Positions 1-17,779 are shown, counted from the stretch's first letter. The stretch is DNA of 64,000 nt from an uncultured Thermoleophilia bacterium (GCA_963715985.1 CAVQSP010000011.1:64001-128000), one strand, 5' to 3'. Notes: a model not told the origin generated them from the sequence alone. Numbers and translations: made by a program.

Positions 1-2094
<2,094 letters not shown>

Positions 2095-2102
<8 letters not shown>

Positions 2103-2904
2103 GGAGCCGATCCAGGTCGAGCTCCCACGTGGCGAGGTCGGCGAGGAGCTCGGGATCCAGAAGGTCGTAGCAAAGCGGCGTCACGGCCACGGCGCCGCCC
2201 GCGACCACGTCGAAATCGGTGTCCGCCCACTCCCCCGCCGTCGGGTGGTCGCACAGCACCGGGTACTCACGCACCGTTTCGGCCTCGCCGGCAGGCGGAG
2301 CCGGCCCGGCGCCGTGCTCGCCGAGGACCACGTAGTCGTAGCAGCTGGCGCCGCCGAGGCGTGCAGGATGGATCCCGGTGAACTCCGCCAGCGGTAGGTC
2401 GGGGAAGTTCACGTTGAGGATGCTGTGCAGGGGCAGACCGCGCGCGATCACGTGTTCCACGACGGCGCGGATGACCGGCGCAGCCTCCGGCAGCCAGCGC
2501 GGGGTCTCGCTCTCGACCGAGAAGGCGAGCGCGGGAAACCCGCGCAGAGCCGCCTCGAAGGCGGCGCCGACCGTGCCCGAGTAGGTCACGTCCGCCCCCA
2601 TGTTGGAGCCGGCGTTGACGCCCGACACGACGAGCCCGGGCACGGGGCAGCGTACGCCCAGCAGCGCGACCCGCACGCAGTCCGAGGGCGTACCGTCACA
2701 GGCGAGACCCGGCCAGCCCTCGCCGAACCGCTCCGCCCGCACGTGGAGCGGCCGGTGGATGGTGATGCCACGGGCCACCGCGCTGGCGTTGTGGTCGGGC
2801 GCGAGCGTCGTGATCTCCCCGAGGCCGTCCAAGGCGCTGCGCAACACGGCCAGCCCGGGGGCGTGGAGTCCGTCGTCGTTGGTGAGGAGGATCTGCAGGG
2901 TCAC
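2095..2904 (-). CDS. surE: 5'/3'-nucleotidase SurE
   Basis: ILLTNDDG, GTPSDCV, SGVNAGSN, YSGTVGAA motifs. GTG at 2904 lies 7 nt after TACAAT, so probably leaderless; ORF track start is 2913. Confidence 0.93.
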
Positions 2905-3055
2905 GACCCTCATTGTAGCCGACGAGGTCTCCCGTCACCCTGCACGCGAGGCCCCCGGCCCGGTACTCTGCGCAGGAGACGCATGTTCGCGCGGACGGCA
3001 GGAGAAGGCCACGGTCCGTCGTAGGAGTGCCGAGGCAAGGTAGCGAAGGAGCCGG

Positions 3056-3958
<903 letters not shown>

Positions 3959-3970
3959 GCCGGAGCCGCC

Positions 3971-5278
3971 TCAGCCGGTGAAGCTCACCTTGGGCAGCCG
4001 CGTATCGGCGCGCGCGTAGAGCTCGCCGCAGAACAGCTCCACGCCGTTGCGAGCCAGGGTGCGCGCCTGGTCGCGGGTGCGCACGCCGGTGGCGATGAGC
4101 TGCGCACCCGCACGGTCGCTGAAGCGCACCAGCAGCTGCACCACGTCCACAGCCGTGAGCTGCTCGCCCACACCGGCCACCAGCACCGGGTCCAGGCAGA
4201 GGAAATCTGGGCGAGCCTCAGCGATGAGCTCGAGCACCGTGAACTGCGCCCCGAGCCCCGCCAGGCAGAGCTGGAAGCCCATCTCGCGCACGTCGGCGAG
4301 CGTGCGCAGGAGCGACGCCGTGTTGGTGGCGAGCTCATCGGCGTCGATCTCGAACACTACGTGCTGCGGCACGAGCGTGCGGTTGAGCGAGTAGAACTCG
4401 CTCACGGCCACCACCGCCGCGCTGGGCAACTCGGCGGCGGCGCAGCCCACGAAGAGAAGGTCGTCGGGGCGCAGCCCGGCGGCCGCCCCCACCGTCGCCT
4501 CGCGGGCGGCGATGCCGTAGGCGTCCAGGAAGCTCGAGCGGCGCGCCACGTCCAGCAGCACGTCGGGGAGGCGCAGCGGCGAGTAGAAGGGACCGCGCAC
4601 GCTGCTGCGATACCCGATCACGTCACCGGCGCCCGGATCCACCACCGGCTCGAAGAGCGGTTCAAGCTCGCCGTCCTCCACACACCCGGCGAGCGTGCGG
4701 TGCAGCTCGTCGTCGTAGGCGGCAGCGCTGCCGGCAGCCGCCTGCATGGCCAGCGCCAGGCCGGTCTGCAGGTTCTGCTCGAACGTGAGGTCCGCGTCGG
4801 CGCTCAGCACCGCTGCGCCCACGGCAGGGTGCACGCGGTCGTACACGCCGGGGGCGAGGTCGTTGAGAAGCAGCGACTGCAGGCGCTCGTACACGCGGCG
4901 CGTGACGGCCGCCAGGTCCTCGTCGGCGATGAAGTCCGCCGCACGAGGCGGCGAGAGCAGCACGATGAAGGCGTCGTCTGTGAGCGTGAAGTCGCTGACG
5001 ACGTCCAGGCGCCGGAGCGTGCTGCCGACCATGCTCTCGAGATTGGCGGCCACGGCGTCGAGGATGTCGGCGACGATGTGCCAGCCGAAGATGGGCTCCA
5101 GACGCCCGTAGCGGTCGAGGCTGACGTAGAGGATCGCCACGGTGCCGCGACTCTCCAGTTCCAGGCGGATGGAATCGGCGACCAGGTTGAGCGACGGCAG
5201 CCGGCTGGGGCCGTCGCTCACGAGGCTGCGCAACGTGGTGCGCGCCTTGCGCAGTGAGTCGTCGCTCGGTCGCTGCAC
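3971..5278 (-). CDS. Degenerate GGDEF-EAL domain protein
   Basis: GGDEF-like fold with TDDAF at the signature; EAL-like C-terminus (FEPVVD, VVFEI, RPDFLCLD, LIATGV) lacking EAL and DDFGTG. GTG 5278 with GGAGG upstream. Confidence 0.8.
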   Translation of the reverse strand: MQRPSDDSLRKARTTLRSLVSDGPSRLPSLNLVADSIRLELESRGTVAILYVSLDRYGRLEPIFGWHIVADILDAVAANLESMVGSTLRRLDVVSDFTLTDDAFIVLLSPPRAADFIADEDLAAVTRRVYERLQSLLLNDLAPGVYDRVHPAVGAAVLSADADLTFEQNLQTGLALAMQAAAGSAAAYDDELHRTLAGCVEDGELEPLFEPVVDPGAGDVIGYRSSVRGPFYSPLRLPDVLLDVARRSSFLDAYGIAAREATVGAAAGLRPDDLLFVGCAAAELPSAAVVAVSEFYSLNRTLVPQHVVFEIDADELATNTASLLRTLADVREMGFQLCLAGLGAQFTVLELIAEARPDFLCLDPVLVAGVGEQLTAVDVVQLLVRFSDRAGAQLIATGVRTRDQARTLARNGVELFCGELYARADTRLPKVSFTG

Positions 5279-5303
5279 GCTGCCCCCTCCCCTCGCCCGC
5301 GCC

Positions 5304-5657
5304 TCAAGTGGCCTTCTGCTTCTCCTTGGCCTTGCCGCCCGCCGGGGCAGCCTTGCCCGCCGCGCCGTCGCTCTCGGCGTCGCCGCCGGTGCCGGCCGAG
5401 TCGCTCGAGGAGGAGCCGGACGACGCCGGGTCGCTCGAGCTGGAGGAGTCGTCGCCACCGGCGCTGCGGCGGCCGGAGCCTTTGCCGTAGTCCGTGGTGT
5501 AGAAGCCGGAACCCTTGAAGTGGATGGCCACCGGGTGAAGTACCTTGCGCAGGTGGCCGCCGCACTTCTCGCACGTCACGAGAGGATCGTCGCTCATTCT
5601 CTGAAGGACCTCGAACGAGGTCTCACAGTCGTCACAGCGATACTCGTAGATGGGCAC
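5304..5657 (-). CDS. FmdB-family zinc-ribbon protein
   Basis: MPIYEYRCDDC...CEKCGG...FKGSGFYTTDY plus Ser-rich tail. Confidence 0.92.
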   Translation of the reverse strand: MPIYEYRCDDCETSFEVLQRMSDDPLVTCEKCGGHLRKVLHPVAIHFKGSGFYTTDYGKGSGRRSAGGDDSSSSSDPASSGSSSSDSAGTGGDAESDGAAGKAAPAGGKAKEKQKAT

Positions 5658-5741
5658 GCAGGAGGCTCCTTTGCGTGATCGGAAGAGGGTCAGTCTAGCA
5701 CAGCGCCGGCGGTGGGCCGCCGCGGGTGGCGGCGCCCGGCG

Positions 5742-6437
5742 CTACGGGGCAAACGGAGCCAGGTGTCCCGCGATGATGCGCGCGGGGCGCCAGGCCCGCA
5801 AGCGCTGCCACGACGCGAGGAGCTCGGCCGCGGCCGGACCGGCGGGCGCCATGGCATCGAACTCGGCCCGTCCGGGGCCGACGGTGTCTCCGCACAGGAC
5901 CACGGGGCCGTCCGCCGTTTGTACGCAGAGGCTGATGTGCCCCTCGCAGTGCCCCGGAGTCCGCGCCCAGGCCACGCCCGGGGCAAGTTCGCCCTCCTCG
6001 CCGTCCAGGAGCTCAAGCGGAAGCGCCTCGAGAAGGCCGCCGACAAGGAGCCAGTGCGGCGCCTGCGCCTCGAGCGCGTGGACCGTTACCGGCGCCATGA
6101 GGTCGGCGCACGCCCCCGCGTGATCCAGGTGGGCGTGCGTGAGCACGATCAGGTCCACGTCCGCCGGCGCAAGGCCGCGCGCGGCCAGGGCCCGCACGAC
6201 GGGCTCGTTCTGCAGGGGCAGCCCCGGGTCCACGACGATGGTCTTCTCGCCGCGCAGCAGCACCGTGTTGGGGAAGGTGGTCATCCCCACCACCGGTTGC
6301 TCGTCGCGCAGCCGTCGATACTCGACGAACGCCTCAGGAGAGCGGAACTCGGGCAGTACCGCCACGCGCCCGTCTCCGACGCTGAAGACGAAGCGGGCCG
6401 TGGGAATGAGGACATCGACCGTGTACACAGGGGACAC
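5742..6437 (-). CDS. MBL-fold metallo-hydrolase
   Basis: THAHLDH, TPGH, CGD and terminal AGH motifs. Confidence 0.88.
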   Translation of the reverse strand: MSPVYTVDVLIPTARFVFSVGDGRVAVLPEFRSPEAFVEYRRLRDEQPVVGMTTFPNTVLLRGEKTIVVDPGLPLQNEPVVRALAARGLAPADVDLIVLTHAHLDHAGACADLMAPVTVHALEAQAPHWLLVGGLLEALPLELLDGEEGELAPGVAWARTPGHCEGHISLCVQTADGPVVLCGDTVGPGRAEFDAMAPAGPAAAELLASWQRLRAWRPARIIAGHLAPFAP

Positions 6438-6452
6438 AGGAGGCAGCGCGCG

Positions 6453-6776
6453 TCACGCGGACGCCGGCGCCGCCTCCTCCTCCTCGTCCCGCCCGTACAG
6501 GAAGTCGACCTTGTCCATGTTGAGCAGCACGAACGGGGCCGTGTCGATGAGCTCCTGGGTGGTCTTGTGGTAGATGCGGACCCTGGACAGGGTCAGGCGC
6601 GCATCGTTGAAGGAGCGGATGTAGTCCGACGCGCGCCGCGAGCTGGCGCGGGCTCCCACCCCGAAGTGCGCCATGCCGACGATGCGGAACTCGCCGATGT
6701 ACGCGACGATCTCGATCTCCTTGAACCCCGTATCGAAGTGCGGGGTCGCGCGCTCGGTGCCAAGCTCTCCGTCCAT
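6453..6776 (-). CDS. Conserved hypothetical protein (DUF6812-like)
   Basis: Good RBS and codon usage; RASDYIR...LTL...PFVLLN pattern recalled from a small uncharacterised family. Confidence 0.6.
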   Translation of the reverse strand: MDGELGTERATPHFDTGFKEIEIVAYIGEFRIVGMAHFGVGARASSRRASDYIRSFNDARLTLSRVRIYHKTTQELIDTAPFVLLNMDKVDFLYGRDEEEEAAPASA

Positions 6777-7010
6777 CTACTCCTCCCCGGCCGATCCGCG
6801 GGCCGGCCGCAGCTCCGCCTCGGCGGAGGTGGGGCCGGCTTGTGAGCATGGTGTACCCGCAAACGCGGCCCGCGAGCCGCGACCGGGGCGCAACGTGAGA
6901 CGCAGGCGCGTGAGCGCCGCGCGCCGCGACTCGCCGTGCCGCGGAGCCAACAGGACGCCGAGCGCCGCGCTCACAGCGCTGCCGTAGATGAGGGTCGTGC
7001 GTGCGCGCAT
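6777..7010 (-). CDS. Small YtxH-like membrane protein
   Basis: GSAVSAALGVLLAPRHGESRR resembles the YtxH N-terminal helix and LAPxSGxExR; sits in line with clpC. Confidence 0.55.
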   Translation of the reverse strand: MRARTTLIYGSAVSAALGVLLAPRHGESRRAALTRLRLTLRPGRGSRAAFAGTPCSQAGPTSAEAELRPARGSAGEE

Positions 7011-7022
7011 CTCGTCCCGACT

Positions 7023-9452
<2,430 letters not shown>

Positions 9453-9522
9453 GGATACCTGACCTGTGGTCCGCGAATTGGAGGGGTGAGCTTTGGAGGG
9501 TGGCGGGCCGGCCCCGGAGGGG

Positions 9523-9930
9523 TCAGACCCGCCGACGGCGGTGACCGAGGTGGACGATCTCCCCGTGGTGCACCGGCACGAGATCGAGACGGTGCGAGCG
9601 CTCGATGCGCTCGACCTCGCGGCGCATGGCGAGGGCCGCCTCGTCGAGGCGGGCGTGCAGGAGCCGCAGCTCGGCGGCCATGGCGTCCATCTGCTCTTCC
9701 ATGGCCAGCACGCGCTCGACGCCGGCCAGGTTGAGGCCGAGCTCGGTGAGCGCCTGGATGCGGCGCAGCCGATCGACGTCGCGCTGCGAGTACCGGCGCG
9801 TGTTCTTGGCCGTGCGCTGCGGCCGCAGCAGGCCGCGCCGCTCGTACATGCGCAGCGTCTGCGGGTGCATGCCGGCGAGCTCGGCGGCCACCGAGATCAT
9901 GAACAGGGCTCTCTCGTCGTCAGTGAGCAC
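9523..9930 (-). CDS. hspR: Heat-shock repressor HspR (MerR family)
   Basis: [24 protein letters not shown]...RRYS...GLNLAGV; directly downstream of dnaJ. Confidence 0.95.
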   Translation of the reverse strand: MLTDDERALFMISVAAELAGMHPQTLRMYERRGLLRPQRTAKNTRRYSQRDVDRLRRIQALTELGLNLAGVERVLAMEEQMDAMAAELRLLHARLDEAALAMRREVERIERSHRLDLVPVHHGEIVHLGHRRRRV

Positions 9931-9939
9931 GGCTCACCC

Positions 9940-11065
9940 TCAACTGAGCACCGTCGCGCGCGGGTCCGGCAGCGTGGCGCCCAGCTTCTCGAAGAGCTGC
10001 TTCTGTTCTTTGGTGAGCTTCTCCGGCACCTGCACGTGGAGCTTGACGTGCAGGTCGCCCTGCCCGCCCTTGAGCTTGGGGGCGCCCTTGCCGCGCAGGC
10101 GCATCGTGCGCCCGTCCTGGCTGCCCGCGGGGACTTTGAGAGACACGTGCCCGCCGCCCGGCGTGGGGATGCGGATGCTCGTGCCCAGCGCGGCCTCGCT
10201 GATGGTCACCGGTACTTCGATCAAGATGGTGTCGCCGCGGCGCTCGAACAGGTCGTCGGGCTCCACGTGCACGCGCACGAACAGGTCGCCGGCCGGTCCG
10301 CCGCGCATGCCGGCCTCGCCCTTGCCTTTGATGCGGATCTTGCTGCCGTCCTTGACGCCGGCGGGGATCTTGACCGCGTAGCGCTTGGTGGCGTGCTGCA
10401 CGCCGGTGCCGCCGCAGGCCGGGCAGCCCTCCTCGATGATGGTGCCGTTGCCGTGGCAGCGCGGGCAGGTCTGCGGCATCGCGAAATCCGCCGAGGTTGC
10501 GCGACACCGAGCCGCGGCCCTGGCACTCGGGGCACACCTTGGGCGAGGTGCCCGGTTTTGCGCCCGTGCCGTGGCAGGTGGCGCAGGTGTCCGGCTTGTC
10601 GACGGGCACGCGCACGGTGACGCCGTGCAGCGAGTCGTCGAACGACACGGTGACGTCCACCTGGAGGTCGTCCCCGCGCTCCGCCCTGCGGCGGCCGCGG
10701 CCGCCGCCGGCGGCGCCGCCGAAGAGGTTGCCGAGGATGTCGCCGAGGTCGCCCATGTCGAACTGCACGTTGCCCTGACCGTACATGCTCGGGTCGAACC
10801 CCCGGTAGCCGCCGGCGCCGGGCCGGAAGCCGCCGGCGCCCGGGCCGAAGGCCCCCAGCCGGCTCAGCTCGTCGTACTGCTTGCGCTTGTCCGCGTCGGA
10901 GAGCGTCTCGTACGCCTCGCTGACCTCCTTGAACTTCTCCTCCGCGGCCTTGTCGCCGGGGTGCCTGTCCGGATGGTAGTCGCGGGCGAGCTTGCGGAAG
11001 GCCTTCTTGATCTCGTCCTGGGAGGCGTTCTTGGGAACGCCCAGCGTCTGGTAGAAGTCGCCCAT
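9940..11065 (-). CDS. dnaJ: Chaperone DnaJ (one apparent frameshift near 10484)
   Basis: J-domain with HPD, G/F region and four CxxCxGxG repeats split over two frames; removing one T in GGATTTCGCG restores [12 protein letters not shown]. Confidence 0.93.
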
Positions 11066-11066
11066 C

Positions 11067-11648
11067 TCAGCTCGACACGATGACCTTGGCCGGACGCAGC
11101 AGCCTGCCGTGGAGCAGGTAGCCGCGCTCCAGGACCTGGAGGACAGTGCCCTCCTCGTGCTCCTCCGAGGCCTGCGTCATGACGGCCTCGTGGATGGTGG
11201 GGTCGAAGAGCGCGCCGGGCTCGACCGGGACCTCCTGCAGGCCGTGGCCCTCGAGGGTGGCCCGCAGCTGGCCCGCCACGAGCTCGAGGCCTGCGATGAG
11301 CTGGCCCTCCTCGTGCCGGGCGCCGGCGTCCAGGGCGCGGCCCATGTTGTCCATGACCGGCAGCAAGGACTCCACGACGGCTTCGGCGGCACGCAGGCGC
11401 AGCTGCTCCGCGTCGCGCTGCGTGCGCTTGCGGTAGTTGTCGAACTCCGCCTGCAGGCGGCGCAGGTGGTCGAGGTACGAGTCGCAATCCGCGGCGAGCC
11501 TGGCGAGCTCCTCGTTGGCGGCGACCGCGTCCTCGGCCGCCGGGGCGGCCTCCTCGACCTCGACCTGCTCGGCCTTCTCCAGCGGGATCGTCTTCGCGCG
11601 CTCGCTCCTGCGCTTGCCGTCGTCTTTGGGGTGCTTCCTGTCCGTCAT
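11067..11648 (-). CDS. grpE: Nucleotide exchange factor GrpE
   Basis: [44 protein letters not shown]; ATG 11648 with AGGA RBS. Confidence 0.95.
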   Translation of the reverse strand: MTDRKHPKDDGKRRSERAKTIPLEKAEQVEVEEAAPAAEDAVAANEELARLAADCDSYLDHLRRLQAEFDNYRKRTQRDAEQLRLRAAEAVVESLLPVMDNMGRALDAGARHEEGQLIAGLELVAGQLRATLEGHGLQEVPVEPGALFDPTIHEAVMTQASEEHEEGTVLQVLERGYLLHGRLLRPAKVIVSS

Positions 11649-11713
11649 GTCCTTCGTGTTCTCCTGTCTCACGCCGGCTCCGGCCGGCCGCACCCGCACA
11701 CCCGGCGCGGCCG

Positions 11714-11739
11714 CGGCGCGGCGGCATACCGCCGCGCCG
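11714..11739 (-). terminator. 11-bp GC hairpin between hsp20 and grpE (possible partial terminator or stabiliser)
   Basis: CGGCGCGGCGG-CATA-CCGCCGCGCCG perfect inverted repeat. Confidence 0.45.
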
Positions 11740-11757
11740 GGCCAGTCCCTATCGTCC

Positions 11758-12213
11758 TCAGTCCTCGGCCTTCTTGGCCTCGACCGTCTTCTTGGCCTTG
11801 ACCTCGATACGCTTGGGCTTCTCCTCCTCGACCTTCGGCACGGTGACCGTGAGGATGCCGTCCTCGTAGGCGGCCGAGATGTCCTCGGGCTTCACGCCCT
11901 GGGGCAGCGCCAGGTTGCGCTGGAAGCTGCCGAAGCGGCGCTCCACGCGGTAGTACCGCTCCTCATCCACCGTCTCCTCGAACTTGCGCTCGCCCTTGAT
12001 GGTGAGGACGTTGTCCTCGACCTCGATCTGGATCTCGTCGGGGTCCATGCCGGCAAGCTCGGCCTTGAGGACGACGGAGTCCTTCGTGTCGAAGACGTCC
12101 ACCGCCGGCAGCCAGCTCTCCTGGCGCCCGCTCCAGACCTGGTCGACGAGCCTGTTGAACTGGTTCTGGACCTGCGTCATGTCGCGGAACGGGTCCCATC
12201 TGATGATCGCCAT
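11758..12213 (-). CDS. Hsp20/alpha-crystallin small heat-shock protein
   Basis: RWDPFRD, PAVDV, ELAGM, ERRFGSFQR, AAYEDGILTVTVPK. Confidence 0.95.
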   Translation of the reverse strand: MAIIRWDPFRDMTQVQNQFNRLVDQVWSGRQESWLPAVDVFDTKDSVVLKAELAGMDPDEIQIEVEDNVLTIKGERKFEETVDEERYYRVERRFGSFQRNLALPQGVKPEDISAAYEDGILTVTVPKVEEEKPKRIEVKAKKTVEAKKAED

Positions 12214-12290
12214 GCTAGACACCTCCTCGTGTGCCTACGGTGTGGGCGGGCGGGGTTGGCGAAAGCCGCCGCCCGCCGTGACTCCCGTGG

Positions 12291-14201
<1,911 letters not shown>

Positions 14202-14234
14202 GAAGTTCCTCCTTGCAGGGTTACGCTGCGCTGA

Positions 14235-14271
14235 AGCATAAAAGTTGAGTCGATTACTGTCAACTTTATGC
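14235..14271 (-). promoter_or_regulatory. dnaK promoter (TTGACA-17-TATGCT) overlapped by a HAIR (HspR operator)
   Basis: Plus strand 14244-14264 is GTTGAGT-N7-TGTCAAC (HAIR consensus CTTGAGT-N7-ACTCAAG), inside a longer inverted repeat. Minus-strand -35 at 14263-14258 and -10 at 14240-14235. Confidence 0.9.
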
Positions 14272-14367
14272 CCCGGTCACCGACTGCCAAAACCCGCCCC
14301 GCGCATCCACCTCCGGCAGGCTTGCGCGCCTTCGCGCCGCACGTGACCGCGGAGGTGATCACGCCGG

Positions 14368-15516
14368 ATGGCCGCACAGCCAGAGCGCCCCAGGAAGGAT
14401 CCACGTGCCCCGCTGGGTGCAGCTCGGGGTGCTGCCCGCGCTGCTCGTCATCGGCTGGTTCGTGCTGGGGGCGATAGGCCAGGTCATCTTCATCTTCCTC
14501 GTCGCCGGCCTCATCGCCCTGGTGCTCAATCCCCTTGTTCACGGCCTCGAGCACGCCCACGTCCCCCGCTACGTGGGCGTCTTCCTGGTCGTACGCAGGG
14601 TTCGTCGCTGTCGTCGTGGTCATCGCCGCGCTGGTGTGGCCGCCGGTGGTGGAGCAGCTGCGCAACCTCTCCGCGGCTCTCCTCGGCATGGCCGATCAGG
14701 CCGGCGACACCGTCACACGTCTGCAGCAGCTCTCCGACAGGCGCCGGCCTCGCCATCGACGTGCGCCGGCAGCTGCGCGCGACGCTCACGGCCGTGGCCG
14801 ACCACGTGCCGCAGTCCACCTCGAGCATGGTGGACGTCGGTGTCACCGTGGTCCGCCAGATCACCTACGGCATCATCATCGTGATCAGCATCTACATGCT
14901 GCTGGACTCCAGGCGCATCGGCCGCTTCGTGGCCCGCCACTTCCCCACGCGCAGCGAGAGCGACGGGGAGCTGTACGTGCGCAGGGCCAGGTTCGCGGTG
15001 GTCGACTACGTGAAGGCGCAGGTCCTGCTCTCCGCCATCATGGGCGCCAGCGTCGGCCTCGCGATGTGGCTGCTCAGCCTGGTCGGGGCGTTCCCCTCCG
15101 GCGGCCGCTACGCGCTGTTCTTCGGCGTCTGGGCCGCCCTCATGGAGGCCATCCCGTACCTGGGTCCGGTGCTGGCCGCCGTCCCTCCCGCGCTGGTCGC
15201 CGTCTTCGACTCCCCGCTCAGCGCCCTGTGCGTGATCATCACCTTCATCCTCATCCAGGAGGTCGAGGGCCACATCCTCATCCCGGTCATCATGGGCGGC
15301 CGCTTCCGCGTGCACCCGCTGGTCGTGATCTTCGCCATCCTCGCCGGCGGCGAGATCCACGGCATCACGGGCATGCTGATCGCCATCCCCCTCATCCGGC
15401 TGATCAAGGAGACCATCGTCTTTCTGCGCCCGCGCCTGACCTTCGGAGGCTGGTGCGCCGCGGTCGCGGGCAAGCCTGAGGAGCACCCGCCGGAGCCCCC
15501 CGTCGCTCAGGACTGA
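14368..15516 (+). CDS. AI-2E family transporter (three apparent +1 indels at about 14398, 14591, 14740)
   Basis: LIALVLNPLV, YVKAQV, IPYLGP, QEVEGHILIP, VHPLVVIFAILAGG, GMLIAIP. Hydrophobic N-terminal segments lie in two other frames; the three insertions sum to 3, so the outer ORF stays open. Confidence 0.85.
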   Translation: MAAQPERPRKDPRAPLGAARGAARAARHRLVRAGGDRPGHLHLPRRRPHRPGAQSPCSRPRARPRPPLRGRLPGRTQGSSLSSWSSPRWCGRRWWSSCATSPRLSSAWPIRPATPSHVCSSSPTGAGLAIDVRRQLRATLTAVADHVPQSTSSMVDVGVTVVRQITYGIIIVISIYMLLDSRRIGRFVARHFPTRSESDGELYVRRARFAVVDYVKAQVLLSAIMGASVGLAMWLLSLVGAFPSGGRYALFFGVWAALMEAIPYLGPVLAAVPPALVAVFDSPLSALCVIITFILIQEVEGHILIPVIMGGRFRVHPLVVIFAILAGGEIHGITGMLIAIPLIRLIKETIVFLRPRLTFGGWCAAVAGKPEEHPPEPPVAQD

Positions 15517-15947
15517 CTGACTGCCGCCGGACCTGCCGACCGGACCCAACGGCGAAGTCTGTTCTCTCGCGCGCGCGTAGGCTAACCTCCCACGCAAGGG
15601 CCGCACACACGATCATGACCGGGCGTCAACACATTTCTTTATGATTGCTAACGCCCACAGAATCGTGTATATCTGCACAAGCCCTGCATACCCCCTCGGG
15701 TGTGCAGGGCACGCGTCATCACAATGGGGAGCCAGGGGACACCAGCAGCGGGGCATCTGAGCGGGCCGCACAGCGGCTCCTCCACAGCTACGCCTCGCGT
15801 GCCCGCCCTCCCATTCTGCGCACGAATGTCGCCGTTCGTTGCCCGGGCTTCGCGCGGCGTGTTCGACAACTGATCCGCCGAGGGGAAGGAGGTGATTCTG
15901 TGAGAGCGGACAAGCGTTCTTCTTCCCCCAAACGCAAGGAGGTGACC

Positions 15948-17738
15948 ATGGCAAAGCGCCTACTGTTCGTCGCGACGATTCTGGCCGCCATCCTTGTGGT
16001 AGCGGCCCCCGCGCTGGCGTTCAACGGTGCCCGTGCCGACTACACGCCGTCCAACGCGTGCAAGATGTGCCACACCGACACACCGTCCATCCCGCAGGTG
16101 TACAACGGGTGGGCTGAGACCAAGCACGCCGAGGCCAACGCCGACGGTCAGAGCACGCGCCTGCCCTACGGCAGCGTGTGCGCCGGCTGTCACACGGCCA
16201 ACTACGCTCCCGGCAAGGTCGTCCCCTCGCCGACGGCGACCGCGAGTGCCGGCGCCACCCCTGGCGCCGTCACGTGGATCGGCACCAACGTCGACCCCGG
16301 TGATCCGCAGTCTCAGAAGGATCAGGACAGCGGCAACTTCGCGGCCTCCGAGCTGGCCGTCGGGTGCTCCTCGTGCCACCAGAGCCAGACGGCCGCCCAC
16401 GCGGTCGGCCAGGCCAATCCGGCCAACATGGCCAACCCCGACATCTGCGGCCAGTGCCACACGCGGTACTCCTACACGGTGGACACGTACACCGTGGCTC
16501 CTCTCCCCTACGTCAAGGTGAGCACGCCGCTTCCGGGCACGCCGATCACGCCGAACCCAGCGCCTACGTCGCTGATCCAGCCGCAGATGGCGATCGGCTT
16601 CTCGCCGATGGGTGACGCGGCCGGTGGCTGGCAGCCGCCAGCGCTGACCACCAACCTCAACATCCCGGAGCCCGGCTGGACGCCGACCCCGAACCCGTCC
16701 GCCACCACGGCCGGCTTCGGCCGTCTCCAGACCTACTGGACGAGCCTGGACGGCGAGATCATGCCGTGGGCACAGACCGCTCACGACGGCAACGCGCAGC
16801 AGTACGCCGAGTGGTACGGCCCCGCCGACAAGCACCGGTTCGCGCTCGAGAACCTCAAGAAGGTCATGGGCCCGAACCCGCCGGCCGAGTGCGTTGAGTG
16901 TCATTCGGCCGACTACATCATCGCGCCTGAGGACGCCAAGCCCACCGGCGAGCAGGCGAGATACGGCATCAGCTGCGTCGGCTGCCACACCCCGCACGAG
17001 AAGGGCACCGCCGAGGGCGTCTGGGAGGAGGACTTCACTCCTCAGCTCCGCTACGACGATGCCGCGACGCTGTGCGCGTCCTGCCACAACGCCTAGCTCG
17101 ACGGCAAGGTCGCCAAGCCGGGCAGCACCGTCCATCATCCGATGAAGGAGATGATGGCGGGCGTCGGCGCTATCAGCGTCATGCAGGGCTCGCCGAGCGT
17201 CCACAAGGGCAAGTGCGTCCAGTGCCACATGCCGCCGACCACCTACAGCCGCGGCAGCGTGCAGCTTGGCGCCAACCACACGTTCAAGATCATCGAGCCG
17301 GAGACGGCCGTCGACGTGAAGCCGATCCCGGTGGCCACGACGACGCCGACGCCCGGCGCTTCGCCGGTCGTGACGATGGCGACGATGCCGTTCTCCGCGT
17401 GCTCCACCTGCCACAGCCGGCCTGGCGACCAGGCGGCCACGTGGCTGCAGCACACGATCGACGATCGTCAGGTAGCCATGCACTCCTGGAACGACCAGGT
17501 CACGGCTGCTCTGACGAAGGCCGCCAAGAGGCTCGGCTTCAAGAGCACCGCGGCTGCCAACACCGCCATCAACAAGAAGCCGATGAAGAAGTGGAGCAAG
17601 GGCCAGATGAGCTTCCAGAAGGCGTTCACCAACCAGTCGTACGTGGTTGCTGAAGGCAGCTGGGGCGTCCACAACTGGGACTACGCGAGGACAGTCATCC
17701 TCACGGCGCTCTCCCAGGCCAATTCGGTTCGCAGGTAA
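15948..17738 (+). CDS. Secreted nine-heme cytochrome c (c552/NrfA-superfamily-like C-terminus) with in-frame TAG at 17094-17096
   Basis: AAGGAGG RBS; Sec signal MAKRLLF...APALA; seven CxxCH before the TAG and two after it in the same frame; C-terminal EGSWGVHNWDYA. Confidence 0.88.
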
Positions 17739-17779
17739 GTGATCTGACGCACCTGCCTTCGGGCGGCGCGCGAGTCACC

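Noticed and set aside
10470-10495. Programmed frameshifting in dnaJ (and pknB, pstP)
   Set aside because: No slippery heptamer; one-base indels recur across unrelated genes, which fits sequencing error.
15560-15605. GCTAACCTC resembling the 3' part of a c-di-AMP (ydaO) riboswitch
   Set aside because: The other conserved elements (GCTGAATCC, GGAACC, CCCGTCA) are absent, and it lies upstream of the likely promoter.
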